Shown here piece after piece: positions 13,592 to 25,680 of a stretch of DNA of 64,000 nucleotides. The position numbers and the translations under genes are program-made. Every line of letters starts with the position of its first letter. Position 1 is the first letter of the stretch. The stretch spans positions 56,916,001-56,980,000 of the forward strand of contig OX597832.1 in assembly GCA_951406725.2 (NCBI GenBank), written 5' to 3'. The notes beneath the pieces were generated by a model. The model searched no databases. It had not been told where the DNA came from and saw only the letters and a list, made by a program, of their open reading frames with translations. Origin of the DNA: Octopus vulgaris. Lineage: Eukaryota.

Positions 13592-13863
13592 GTGTGAGTG
13601 AGTGTGTGTATGTATGGAATAAGCAGAGCAAGAGCACATACACAAACATGCGAAGACGGAAAGTGTTGCTGAAGAGGTCACAGGTGTGTGATAAAAGATT
13701 TCTGGACAATGGACATAAGTTAGAATAAGAACAGTAATAAACGAGTGAAGAACTCAATATATAGTGCGTGTGTTATTTGGCAAAAAAAAAAAAGAGACCT
13801 TCCTGAAATACAATATATATGTACTGGCGTTGATGTGGCAACATTTGAAATATTGTCTAGGTA

Positions 13864-13938
13864 AATGCAGCTGATGAAGACTGATCAAATTGACGTTGAC
13901 AAACGTATTTGAAGGGTCAGAAACCCAGGTACTGCATT
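13864..13938 (+). ncRNA. Type I hammerhead ribozyme motif
   Basis: aatgcag-CTGATGA-a[gac..tcaaat..acgtt/aacgt..atttga..gtc]a-GAAA-cccagg-TA-ctgcatt. Stem I is a perfect 7 bp and the core is intact. Confidence 0.8.
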
Positions 13939-14120
13939 ATCCAATTCTGGGTGGTCCATTTATCGAATGTTCTTCCTAGAGATAAGACAAATTTTTTATG
14001 CTTGTTGCACACACACATCTTTGCAAGTATATATGCAGTAAAGCTTTACAATAGCGTCGTATTTGTATTGGCTGCTATTTCCAGTAAATATTGGTGCCTT
14101 GTTGTACCACTCATCTGTAT

Positions 14121-14158
<38 letters not shown>

Positions 14159-14476
14159 GGGAGTCCCCTTTCGGTCATGAATGACCATGGGATTGCACCC
14201 AGAAAGTTACCCTCCAAGGTACAAATCTGGGCAAGATTGTTTATGGAAGGCCAGCAGTCGCTCATGCACACCAGCCTCCATTCTCCATGCCACCAGTGTT
14301 CTCTCCAAAAGAAAGGCAAAGGCTGATACAGCTTGGCACCAGTGATGTAGCAACTCGTTTTTACAGATGAGTTAACTGGAGCAACGTGAAATAAAGTGTC
14401 TTGCTCAAGAACATGACATGCAGCCCGGTCCAGGAATCAAACTCACAACCTCACGATCATAAGCTCGAAGCTTATG

Positions 14477-14521
<45 letters not shown>

Positions 14522-14996
14522 TCATCATCATCATTTAGTGTCCGCTTTCCATGCTAGCATGGGTTGGACGGTTCAACTGGGGTCTGGGAAGCCAGAAGGC
14601 TGCATCAGGCCCAGTCTGATCTGACAGTGTTTCTACGGCTGGATGCCCTTCCTAACGCCAACCACTCTGTGAGTGTAGTGGGTGCTTTTTACATGCCACC
14701 CGCACAGGTGCCAGACGGGGCTGGCAAACGCCCACGGACGGATGGTGCTTTTTATGTGCCACCGGCACGGAGGCCAGTCGGGGCGGCGCTGGCAACGACC
14801 AGGATCGGATGGTTCGCTTACTTGTCACCGGCACTGGTATCACAGCTGCAATTTCCATTGATGTTGATCAACTTCGATTTTGGTTCTGCTTTTGATATCT
14901 GATTTGATTTGATTTGATTTTTATTTTTATTTTTATATATATATATATATACATACATGCACCTTCACATTTATATATACATACATGCGCCTTCAC

Positions 14997-15055
<59 letters not shown>

Positions 15056-15513
15056 CATATATATATGTGTGGATAGTTAAATAGATAAATAGATAGATAG
15101 ACAGATATAGATATATAGGTATCTATGCATGTATGTATATGTCTGTCTTGTTTCAGTAGTTGGAACACAGGGATGATTTATTATTCTTTCGATGCAACGT
15201 AATTCCCCAAGAATACAGGTATTTGATTATGCAAAATTATATCTAGTTGTGATTCCTCAGGTGATATACTAGTGTGGTGTCCATTAGTTTTAAAATTGTT
15301 GACTTCAAGGCCATCTTCTCTGTTCGTTGTGCTTTGAATTTAGTTGCAGCTGATAGACCCATGGTGTTTGTCGTGAGAATGCATTTGACACACTACTATA
15401 ATATATATATATATATTAATAATAGTAATAATATGACAACAAAAGAATGAATGAGACATTAATATAATGTAAATAGAAGAATTTATCTATAAATATATGT
15501 GACAATTAGTTGG

Positions 15514-15589
15514 TTGTCATAATAAAATTCATGAGTTTCTGATGCCGGGGCTGAAGTCTGCTCTGGTATCTCATCAGTTATTATGACAA
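15514..15589 (-). ncRNA. Type I hammerhead ribozyme motif (family H1)
   Basis: ttgtcataataa-CTGATGA-gatacc..ggcatc-a-GAAA-ctcatgaa-TT-ttattatgacaa. Stem I is 12 bp and stem III is near-palindromic. The flank is homologous to 27160-27284. Confidence 0.75.
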
Positions 15590-15694
15590 ACAAAAACGCT
15601 ATGCAAAAAAAAAAAAAACGTTGAATAATGGGAAATTACTCCAATAGGTGTGGGGAAAGTAAATCTTCGTTCATAGAATCTGCATGTGCACACA

Positions 15695-15731
<37 letters not shown>

Positions 15732-15735
<4 letters not shown>

Positions 15736-15976
15736 GCAGCATGGAAGATGTTTATAAGCCATTTAAGAAATACACAAACACTGTTAGATTCACTTCAACA
15801 TTTAAATATAATTTGTCAAAATATTTTCGTCGCTTTGAGACTGCGACCTGTTCACTGACAAAACTTTGTGCTGCAGCACGAAAATATTTTGACAAATCAA
15901 ATTTAAATGTTGAAGTGAATCTAACGGTTTTTGCATGTTTCTTAAATGGCTTATAAACACCTTCCACGCTGCAATT
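15732..15976. repeat. Inverted repeat with ~99-bp arms (Penelope-like terminal repeat)
   Basis: 15732-15830 is the reverse complement of 15878-15976 with few mismatches. It abuts (TA)n. Confidence 0.9.
15812..15862 (-). ncRNA. Hammerhead-like motif with G3-C8 core variant
   Basis: tttgtca-GTGAACA-g-gtcgc(agtctcaaa)gcgac-GAAA-atat-TT-tgacaaa. Confidence 0.6.
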
Positions 15977-16060
15977 GTTTTCGCTCCAGCACACGATCTC
16001 AGATCAAGTCACTCGCTCTGCAAGTACATCTCACAGGGTGAGATATTCAGCAACAGTACT

Positions 16061-16334
16061 TTGTAGTAAAGATTATTTGCCAACATAACATGGCAGTCCT
16101 GGTTAAGGACTACTGTTGCTGTAAATTAGCCCCAGAAATAACCCAGAAACCACGATACACAGATATTGTTTTGAGCTGAGTTGGGATGCTAGATTCCCTT
16201 GTTCAAAAATATAAGGACGCAGATCGTGTTGTATAACCAGCTGGAAACGATGTCTTCTGGGGCTAAATTACAGCAACATTCGTCCTAAACCAGGACTGCC
16301 ATGTTATTATGTTGGCAAACAATCTTTGCTACAA
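16061..16334. repeat. Inverted repeat with ~78-bp arms
   Basis: 16061-16137 pairs with 16255-16334. Ends at a TA tract. Confidence 0.9.
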
Positions 16335-17070
16335 GTATATATATGTTATGCATTTATATACATACGTGCAAACCAAGTTTTCAGTCAAATGAGAATGAGA
16401 TCAGTATAGGAAATATTAGATAAACTCACATCCCCTACATGTTTTCATCCCCTCTCAGCCTCCCACACTGCCAATCTCTCTCATGCTTCTCTCTCGTGCT
16501 TCACAAATCCTGCGGAATGGTAAAGGACTCAACCAGTGTTTTTACTCCAAATGCATTTTAATCATAACAGTAAATAGCGGAATACTGTGTGACAAGCAAA
16601 CAGCATCATTTGATGAGAGTCTGGGAGCAGATAACCAATAGATGAGTCATCAGACAAGAGGTAAGAAGATAAAAGAAAGAGGAAGCGTTTGAGGTTTATT
16701 GCTCTGGTCATCATTATAAATGAATGAGTGACAAGATCAATGAAGCTTCAATAATGTGCTTCAACTGCTGAAGTACCTAAAGTGTGTCATGTGTTTATTT
16801 AAAAAAAAAAAAAAAGATATGAAGCTTTAGAAAAACTGTTCCAGTCTTGGAAAACTGTTTATTCATAATTTTGTTATGATTAAATAGACAAGATAACCAA
16901 TAGTTTTGTTTGTAGATATATATATTTTTTTTAATGAATTTTTAATTTAAGAATTAAAAAAAAAAAAAAAATCTTCAGTGGTTTATAAAGTGGATAGATG
17001 GTTAGACAAGAGACAAGACACACAGACAGACAGATAACTACAAGTTGTATTTTAACCCTTTTGTTACCAT

Positions 17071-17488
17071 AGGCGCAGGAGTGGCTGTGTGGTAAGTAGC
17101 TTGCTAACCAACCACATGGTTCCGGGTTCAGTCCCACTGCGTGGCATCTTGGGCAAGTGTCTTCTGCTATAGCCCCGGGCCGACCAATGCCTTGTGAGTG
17201 GATTTGGTAGACGGAAACTGAAAGAAGCCTGTCGTATATATGTATATATACATATATATGTGTGTGTGTGTGTATGTCTGTGTTTGTCCCCCTAGCATTG
17301 CTTGACAACCGATGCTGGTGTGTTTATGTCCCCGTCACTTAGCGGTTCGGCAAAAGAGACCGAAAGAATAAGTACTGGGCTTACAAAGAATAAGTCCCGG
17401 GGTCGATTTGCTCAGCTAATGGCGGTGCTCCAGCATGGCCGCAGTCAAATGACTGAAACAAGTAAAAGAATAAAAGAATAAAAGAATA
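17071..17488 (+). mobile_element. tRNA-derived SINE family A, full length (CORE-like central domain)
   Basis: A-box tggctgtgtgg, B-box ggttcagtcc, CORE-like cttgggcaagt, an internal (TA/TG)n and a (TAAAAGAA)n tail. About 20 copies or fragments occur in the window. Confidence 0.9.
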
Positions 17489-17978
17489 GAAATCTTCAGT
17501 GGGGTCATAAAGTGGGTGGATGGCTAAACAAGAGACAAGACACACAGACAGACAGATAACTACAAGTTGTCTTTTAACCCTTTTGTTACCTTAATTTTGC
17601 TGAAAAAAAAATTGCCTCTGTTCCAAGTAATTTTGAAAATAATTAACAATTTTGCAATCAACAGCGAGATCTTCAACAGCTAAACACACCATTTGCTCTG
17701 GGGTGTTAAACTCGTTACTCCTCCCCCCCCCCCCATCGTCTGCTGCTTAACCCCCACCTTTCTTTTTCTCGTTTTCTTTGTTTCCTTGTTGAGGTAATTA
17801 TGGAGTGTTTATATTTTTCCACAATAATTCAATCTTTTATACTCTTAATGTTTGGGTTGTTCTTTTCTTCCTGTAAAAATACGTTGATAAAAACAAAGGC
17901 CCCTTTAAAAACAAAAAAAGGGCGATTAAAATAACTCGTTATAAACTGCTTTACTTGTCCTGCATATCTCATGTAATA

Positions 17979-18215
17979 CGGCAAGCTGGTAGAATCATTA
18001 GCACGCCGGGCGAAATGCTTAGCAGTATTTCGTCTGTGGTTACGTTTTGAGTTCAAATTCCGCCGAGGTCGACTTTGCCTTTCATCCTTTCGGGGTCGAT
18101 TAAATAAGTACCAGCTACGCACTGGGGTCAATATAATCGACTTAATCCGTTTGTCCCCTCTGTGTTTAGCCCCTTGTGGGTAGTAAAGAAATAGTAATAC
18201 ACAAGGCATATTCCC
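17979..18215 (+). mobile_element. SINE family B, full length
   Basis: B-box gagttcaaattcc and central gactttgcctttcatcctttcggggtcgattaaataagtaccag (resembles the Meta/MESC SINE domain, from memory). Other copies at 19106-19330(-), 28300-28500, 29295-29480, 42870-43000(-) and 44862-45075(-). Confidence 0.85.
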
Positions 18216-19569
18216 CTGACATCTATGTATCATTCACAGATTTTTCATCCAACGGGGAAACTTAGGATTTGGGAAAAGTAAGCTTGTTATTGCTCAGAAC
18301 AAATGAAACAAGGGATAACTAGAAGTCTGAAACAAAGCAAGGGCATCCAGGACTAACATGAAAATGCTTTGGAGAGGCAAAGAATAATTAAACTGGTGTT
18401 TTGGAACATGGATTAGCAGGAAATTTTAATGGAAGGTTTTAGAATCACTTGGAAACAGAATTTGTTTCATTAGAACTAGGAGTAATTCTTATGTGGCTGG
18501 TACCAAAAGAGTTAAATGTTGTGTTGGGTAAGCTGAAGCTGTGTGTCGGTTGTTTGTCTTGTTTTGCTTCAAGGTTTGTACCAATTCCACAGACTTGTGA
18601 TTAAAGACAACCATTCTCCCTATTTTGTATTTTCACACTACATTATTATGTAATGCAATCCTTCCATTTTTGGGGGTTTTTTTTGAGTGTTTTGAAAGAC
18701 ATTTAGCTGCTAACTCTAGCAAGGTCATGTGACCACATAGAGCTCCCTACTATTGACTTGTGAAAGGTGAATTAAAAGTTTAGTCCTAGGTCAGCCTGAC
18801 TGAAGAGATCTATGGTAAAAGGCATTCCAACTGTGACCATTCCATTTATTTTTCTGTATAAATGTCTGCATTATTCAATGAGTTATTTCCATTTAAGACT
18901 GTAAGGTGTGATTTTGAGAATATACGACTATCATTTCTAGCAGGGTTGGTGACCATATAACAGCTCCTTTACCAGTTTGATCAAACATGCCTATAGTCAA
19001 ACATGTTCCAACCATGACCAACTTAAGTTTTTGTTCATTTAAAGTGTCCTTCCCCCTTTATTAAAAGACGACAAGGGTACAATCTGAAGAAAGTTCAACT
19101 GCCATTTCTTATTTCTTTATTGTCCACAAGGGGCTAAACATAGAGGGGACAAACAAAGGTATTAAGTTGAATACATCGACCCCAGTGCATAACTGGTACT
19201 TAATTTATCGACCCCGAAAGGATGAAAGGCAAAGTCAACCTCGGCGGGATTTGAACTCAGAACCTAATGACAGACGAAATATCGCTAAGCATTTCGCCCG
19301 ACGTGCAAACGTTTCTGCCAGTTCGCCACCTTTTAACTGCCATTTCTGTCACATTGAACAACTCTCATAGACTATTTAGCTGCTATTTCTACCATGTTGA
19401 TATGCAACATATGAGCTCCTAGAAGCTTTGACTGCTATTTCTAGTACATTGATCAGCTACAAACAAACTCTGTTATCAGTTGCCTCATGAAAGAACTGCT
19501 ATAGATGGAAATCAAGAACTCTATATTCTTTGCGTTCGTTCCAGAACATTCTGTATATTAAATGATCTT

Positions 19570-20100
19570 GCCATAACTTTCCATTATCTTTCGGCTTGAT
19601 AGTTATCACCATTTCTATACTGGCACCATTTACTTCATCTGGCGCTGTTTAGATTTCATCTCGGCTCTCTCATATGAAAAGGAAATCAACTGTAAAGCGG
19701 TTAATAAGATTGGCCGTTAATAAGATTGCTTTCCCAGTTTTCAGTCTTGAAATGCTTCTAAGAATATTGTGAAGAATTTAGATGATATAATATCACCAAA
19801 GTGCAAGCAATTCTTGAGAAGGTTTCATCTTTTTAAATGCTTGAACATCTCTCTCTCTCTCTTTTTTCTTCTCTCTTTCTTTTGAAAGATTTCTATTTTG
19901 CAGTTCTATTTCAGCTAACCATTTTGGTGTGAATTCTTTTAATTTCGGCAGTGGTTCATCTCCCGGTCAGACTTGAATAAGTTAACCAATGATCAATGAC
20001 ATTTTAGCTGTGATCATTTCATTAATGTTTATGCGTCTTTCTAGACCATATTTTCCAACATTACCTGCCATTTTTAAGACAACCAAGATATGATTCGAGG
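19570..20100 (-). pseudogene. Highly decayed, internally deleted RTE-like LINE coding remnant
   Basis: Minus-strand peptides VGKYGLERR..LIIG (APE-like), GDIISSKFFTIFLE and DEVNGASIEMVITI (RT-like). Confidence 0.5.
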
Positions 20101-20131
20101 GACATGCAATAGCATTCTGCATATATATATA

Positions 20132-20502
20132 TACTCTTTTACTCTTTTCAGTCATTTGACTGTGGCCATGCTGGAGCACTGCCTTTAGTCGAGCAAATCG
20201 ACCCCAGGACTTATTCTTTGTAAGCCTAGTACTTATTCTATCAGTCTCTTTTGCCGAACCGCTAAGTTACGGGGATGTAAACACACCAGCATCAGTTGTC
20301 AAGCAATGTTGTGGAGACAAACACAGACACACAAACATATACACACACACATACATATACATATGTATACATATATACGACGGGCTTCTTTCAGTTTCTG
20401 TCTACCAAATCCACTCAAAAGGCTTTGGACTGCCCGAGGCTATAGTAGAAGACACTCGCCCAAGGTGCCATGCAGTGGGACTGGACCCAGAACCATGTGG
20501 TT

Positions 20503-20503
<1 letters not shown>
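20132..20503 (-). mobile_element. SINE family A
   Basis: Reverse complement of 17071-17488, 5' end clipped. Confidence 0.9.
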
Positions 20504-20539
<36 letters not shown>

Positions 20540-20620
20540 ATATATATATATATAATAGAAAATTTAGACAAATACGTATAAGTTAGTGTGTTTAAATATT
20601 AAGTAGACCATTTATATAGT

Positions 20621-20658
<38 letters not shown>

Positions 20659-21109
20659 TATAAAAGTATGGGAGGTAACTCCTTACAGGTTCTCGTCGTA
20701 TTAGTCCTCTTCAGCAAAACAGAATTCATCACCAAAATTGCTGAAGAAGTGATAAGAGAATCATTGCATAGATATATGCAATATTGTTGTAATAAACAAC
20801 TAAAAATGAAAATTAACGTAATTTATGGAACAAATTACAGTGCAAAACCATTCATACCTAATGTTGTCTATTCTTATATTTGGTGAAATAATTAAAATAA
20901 TATTATTTTACTTTATTTACAAATATTTCCTTTTCGCCCACAGCATAATTATTTCCAATTAGTTGTTTATAATACTCACTGTATTGAGTACGATGCCGCT
21001 GACTTTACTTACAGTCATAATAAACTGTGTTTTTAAAAGAACTATACCCTGAGACGGCGTTTGAGTTTACACACACATCCACACACACACACACATATAC
21101 ACTCACACA

Positions 21110-21153
<44 letters not shown>

Positions 21154-21221
21154 GACATGTTGAAATTTCATATCTAAGTCAGTGGTAACCATCAAGATGT
21201 GTATATATATATATATATATG

Positions 21222-21252
<31 letters not shown>

Positions 21253-21291
21253 ATGTATATATATATATGTATATATATCTATATATATACA

Positions 21292-21388
<97 letters not shown>

Positions 21389-21498
21389 ATATATATAAGT
21401 ATATGTATATATCTATCTATCTATCTATATATATATATATATATATATTTCGACATGTTGAAATTTCATATCTAAGTCAGTGGTAACCATCAAGATGT

Positions 21499-21539
<41 letters not shown>

Positions 21540-22329
21540 TGTGTGTGCGTGTGTGTATGTGTGTGTGTATGTATGTATGTATGTATGTATTTCTTTATTC
21601 ATTTATTTCTGCATGTTGAATGTCGAAACATCAGCTCCGTCTAGGTGAGAGTCAAAACATCAAAACATCAAGAGATATTTTTATGATATGTGTCAATATT
21701 TCGATATTATCATGTTGTATTCATAATACACTGATAGAAGCCCCATATCAAAGACATAATACCCAAACATCAAAGAAGCAGCGACAAGAATTTTATTTAC
21801 AAACGAACATACACATTATGGTAACTAATAAACTAATACCAAAAAGTTCATTTAGTCAGTGAAAAGTACAGATTAATAACAACCCATTTGCACACACATA
21901 CACATACTAACAAACATATACAAACACAAACACACACACATAAACACATGCATACACACACACATGCACTATAGTACTGAACCAATAATTCCTTGCAGTA
22001 ATCTTAAAGAGTATATTGAACTTCACCCATCTCATTGGTGGTCGATCGAAATTTTACCAGTCTACCAGTTTTGGCTTTATGAATCGAAAGTGGTTGGAGG
22101 GGGGGAAAAAAACTAAAAAAACTAACATCTATCAGCATGTAATCTGAGAATGATTGACACAGACTAACAAGACTAACATTAATTATACAAGCTGTTTTCC
22201 CCGATCCAGTTTAAGAGTTAGCTGTATTGACCAGTCTAGTAGCAAGTAGAAAATGACCAGTAATAACAACAACTGTCTCTAGTCAATAGACTAGGCTACA
22301 GAACAAATTACATACATACATATATATAT

Positions 22330-22396
<67 letters not shown>

Positions 22397-22419
22397 CATA
22401 TATATATATATATATACAT

Positions 22420-22470
<51 letters not shown>

Positions 22471-22624
22471 ATAGTATATTATATTGTTTTATATTATATT
22501 ATATTGGCTGCAGTGGAACACAACATAACAACCAGTTTAGTCAGTGCAAGTGATGTTATCTTCAATGACCTACAAACATTATTGCCACCACCAGTTCAAC
22601 AGGCGGACTAAAACTACATAATAA

Positions 22625-22665
22625 CTATGACAACAGCAACAACAACAACAGCAATAATAACAATA

Positions 22666-22726
<61 letters not shown>

Positions 22727-22752
22727 TAATAATAATAATGATGATAATAATG

Positions 22753-22795
<43 letters not shown>

Positions 22796-22805
22796 TAATA
22801 ATAGG
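22625..22805. repeat. (AAT)n microsatellite
   Basis: Read directly. Also 56620-57080 (degenerate ATT) and 63696-63812. Confidence 0.95.
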
Positions 22806-23545
22806 GCTACTATAACAACAATAATGTTAATAATAGGACAATAAATACCGATAAGAATAGCAATACTAACAATGATAATAATATTAAACCTCCCACCCCA
22901 CCCCCGACGATAGCATGTACTTAGTGAACTTAAGGTTTTTTTTTTACAAAGGAACACAAGGAAAGAAAAAAACTTTACATGCACAAAAGGAAAAACAAAA
23001 TAACAAATATGAATGTGTAATAGATTTTCAGTTGTTATTGTTTTTGTTTAACCCTGAGTAAACCTTGGTTTAGTAGGTCCATTCCATCCTCGACCATCTA
23101 ATGTGTTGCTTGTTCTCTGGGTTTGCTTCTTCGTGTTTTTACGGACAACACGGAGGTGTGGTATATGGTAATTTAGTTGCAGTTTCTAGCAGGTTGAGCA
23201 ACCACACGGAGGCGCGTACCCTCTGCCAGAAAGACTATCTGGATTGTGGGAATTAGTTGAAGAATGAGAAAATATTATGAAATTATATAACCATAAAACA
23301 ACAATGCCAGGCAGAACATAAAACACAAAATTGAACCAGAAATTTCTCACCCACATAACGCAAATATTTATCCCATACAAATTTATTTTCCCCACAGGAA
23401 TAAACCAATGAAGGAGCATGCACAAGGTCAAGAAGTAGCCATCGAATCGCCTTCAAATCACAATTTACTGTCATCATCGTTGTTGTTTTAATGTCCACTT
23501 TTCCGTGCTTGTGTGGGTTGGGTGGAATTTATTGAGGTGGATTTT

Positions 23546-23973
23546 GGATCTTTTTGGTTTGAACGGCAGTTTTTAACATAGTTTCTAGGTAACTAAAAAA
23601 TTTTAAACTTCGTATACTGGTAGAATGTGTTTATAAAACATCTTTTTCTCTTGGCTTTATTGAGAAAATTCTATAGTTTGTAAGATATTTGTTGTTTTTT
23701 TTCTTCAATTTCTGCAATTTCAATCAATCAATGACCGTCTATTGCGGTAAAAAACATTCTGTGCCGTATGAATATGTCTCTCGTTTAAGAAACAGATTGG
23801 GCTTATTTACATTTCTGAAGCAACAAAGATACTCTTACCCCCACCCCTAACCCTAACTAACCCTAACCCTAAAACAGATTGAAATGCAATAGATCGATAC
23901 TAGGGTCATAATTGTGGGTGACAATTTCATATGACACCGCTAGAAAAAACTGTTGTTCAAACCGAAAAGATCC
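23546..23973. mobile_element. TIR MITE containing telomere-like CCCTAA repeats
   Basis: TIRs of about 29 bp (ggatctttttggtttgaacggcagttttt / aaaaactgttgttcaaaccgaaaagatcc). 8-bp TSD tggatttt/tagatttt. It interrupts a family-C-like copy. Confidence 0.85.
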
Positions 23974-24150
23974 TAGATTTTTTCTACAGCCGGATGCTCT
24001 TCCTGTCACCAGCCTTCACCTGTTTCCAAACAAGGTGATACTTTCCCCATGACATATTTTCAGGTAGGATTAGAAGCAAACAACACATCTTGCTCAGAAG
24101 AAAGTCACACTCGTTCATGGCCATCATACGATGCCAAGACAAAGAGACAC

Positions 24151-24526
24151 ACTCTTTTACTTGTTTCAGTCATTTGACTGTGGCCATGCTGGAGCACCAC
24201 CTTTAGTTGAGCAAATCGACCCCAGGACTTATTCTTTGTAAGCTTAGTACTTATTCTATCGGTCTCTTTTTCCCGAAATGCTAAGTAACGAGAATGTAAG
24301 CACACCAGCATCAGTTGTTAAGCGATGTTGGGGGGGGGGGTTACAAACACAGACACACACAAACATATATATGACGGGCTTCTTTCAGTTTCTGTCTACC
24401 AAATCCACTCACAAGGCTTTGGCTGGCCCGAGGCTATAGTAGAAGACACTTGTCCAAGGAGTCACACAGTGTGACTGAACCCGGAACCATGTGGTTGGTA
24501 AGCAAGTTACTTACCACACAGCCACT
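24151..24526 (-). mobile_element. SINE family A
   Basis: Reverse complement of the family-A sequence. A head-to-head partial copy lies at 24612-24765(+). Confidence 0.9.
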
Positions 24527-24560
24527 CTTACACGTGTATGTTTGTGTGTATGTGTGTGTA

Positions 24561-24610
<50 letters not shown>

Positions 24611-25239
24611 TCAGGTGTGGCTGTATGGTAAGGAGCTTGCTTTCCAACCACATGGTTCTGGGTTCAGTCCCACTGCATGGCACCATGGGTAAGTGTCTTT
24701 TATTATAGCCTTGGGCCAACCAAAGCCTTGTGAGTGGATTTGGTAGACGGAATCTGAAAGAAGCTCGTCATCATTACCATCATCATCGTTTAACATCTGC
24801 TTTCCATGCTGGCATGGGTTGGATGGTTTGACCTGAGACTGGCAAGCCAGGAGGCCGCACCAGGCTCCAATTTGATCTGGCAAGGTTTCTCCAGCTGGAT
24901 GCCCTCTGTAACATCAACCACACACACATATATATATATATATGGAAATTGTAGTTGTGGCTGTTACTAGTGCTGGTGACATGCGAAAAGCACCATTCAT
25001 TCACTCTCAGAGTGGTTGACGTTAGGAATTATGGTGAACTGGCAGAACCGTTAGCATGCCGTGGTATTTCATCTGCTGTTATGTTCTGAGTTTGTCCCTC
25101 CTCCCACCATCACTTGACAACTATACAGCTATATAAAATATTTATGCAATATATTATGTATATGTATGTATGTATGTATGTGTGTATGTATATATATATA
25201 TATATATACACACATACACACACATATATATATAGACGT

Positions 25240-25680
25240 AAGAGTGGCTGTGTGGTAAGTAGCTTGCTTATGAACTACATGGTTCCAGGTTCAGTCCCAC
25301 TGCGTGGCACCTTGGGCAAGTGTCTTCTACTATAGTCTTGGGCCAACCAAAGCCTTGTGAGTGGATTTGGTAGACGGAAACTGAAAGAAGTCCATCGTAT
25401 ATATGTATATATATGCATGTGTGTGTGTATTTGTGCATCCTTGTTTGTCCCCCCAACATCGCTTGACAACAGATGCTGGTGTATTTACGTCCCATAATTT
25501 AGCAGTTCAGCAAGAGAGACCAATAGAATAAGTACTAAGCTTACAAAGAATAGGTCCTGGGGTCGATTTGTTCGACTAAAAGCGGTGCTCCAGCATGGCC
25601 ACAGTCAAATGACTGAAACAAGTAAAAGTAAAAATAGAGTTAAAAATAAAGTTAAAAATAAAGGTAAAAGTAAAAGTGAA
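25240..25680 (+). mobile_element. SINE family A
   Basis: Full-length match with an expanded taaaa tail. Confidence 0.9.

Noticed and set aside
13665-13700. CTGAAGA plus a hairpin; similar cases at 20680-20715(-) and 26555-26595
   Set aside because: No correctly placed GAAA..UH or stem I.
17071-17145. tRNA gene
   Set aside because: Has A/B boxes only, no cloverleaf, and continues into the SINE body.
16931-17308. Recurrent ORFs containing YQIHSQGFGRPEAIVEDTCPRCH
   Set aside because: Antisense translation of SINE-A, not a gene family.
22050-22600. Cluster of ACCAGT motifs (possible enhancer)
   Set aside because: A short motif whose enrichment cannot be distinguished from chance by eye.
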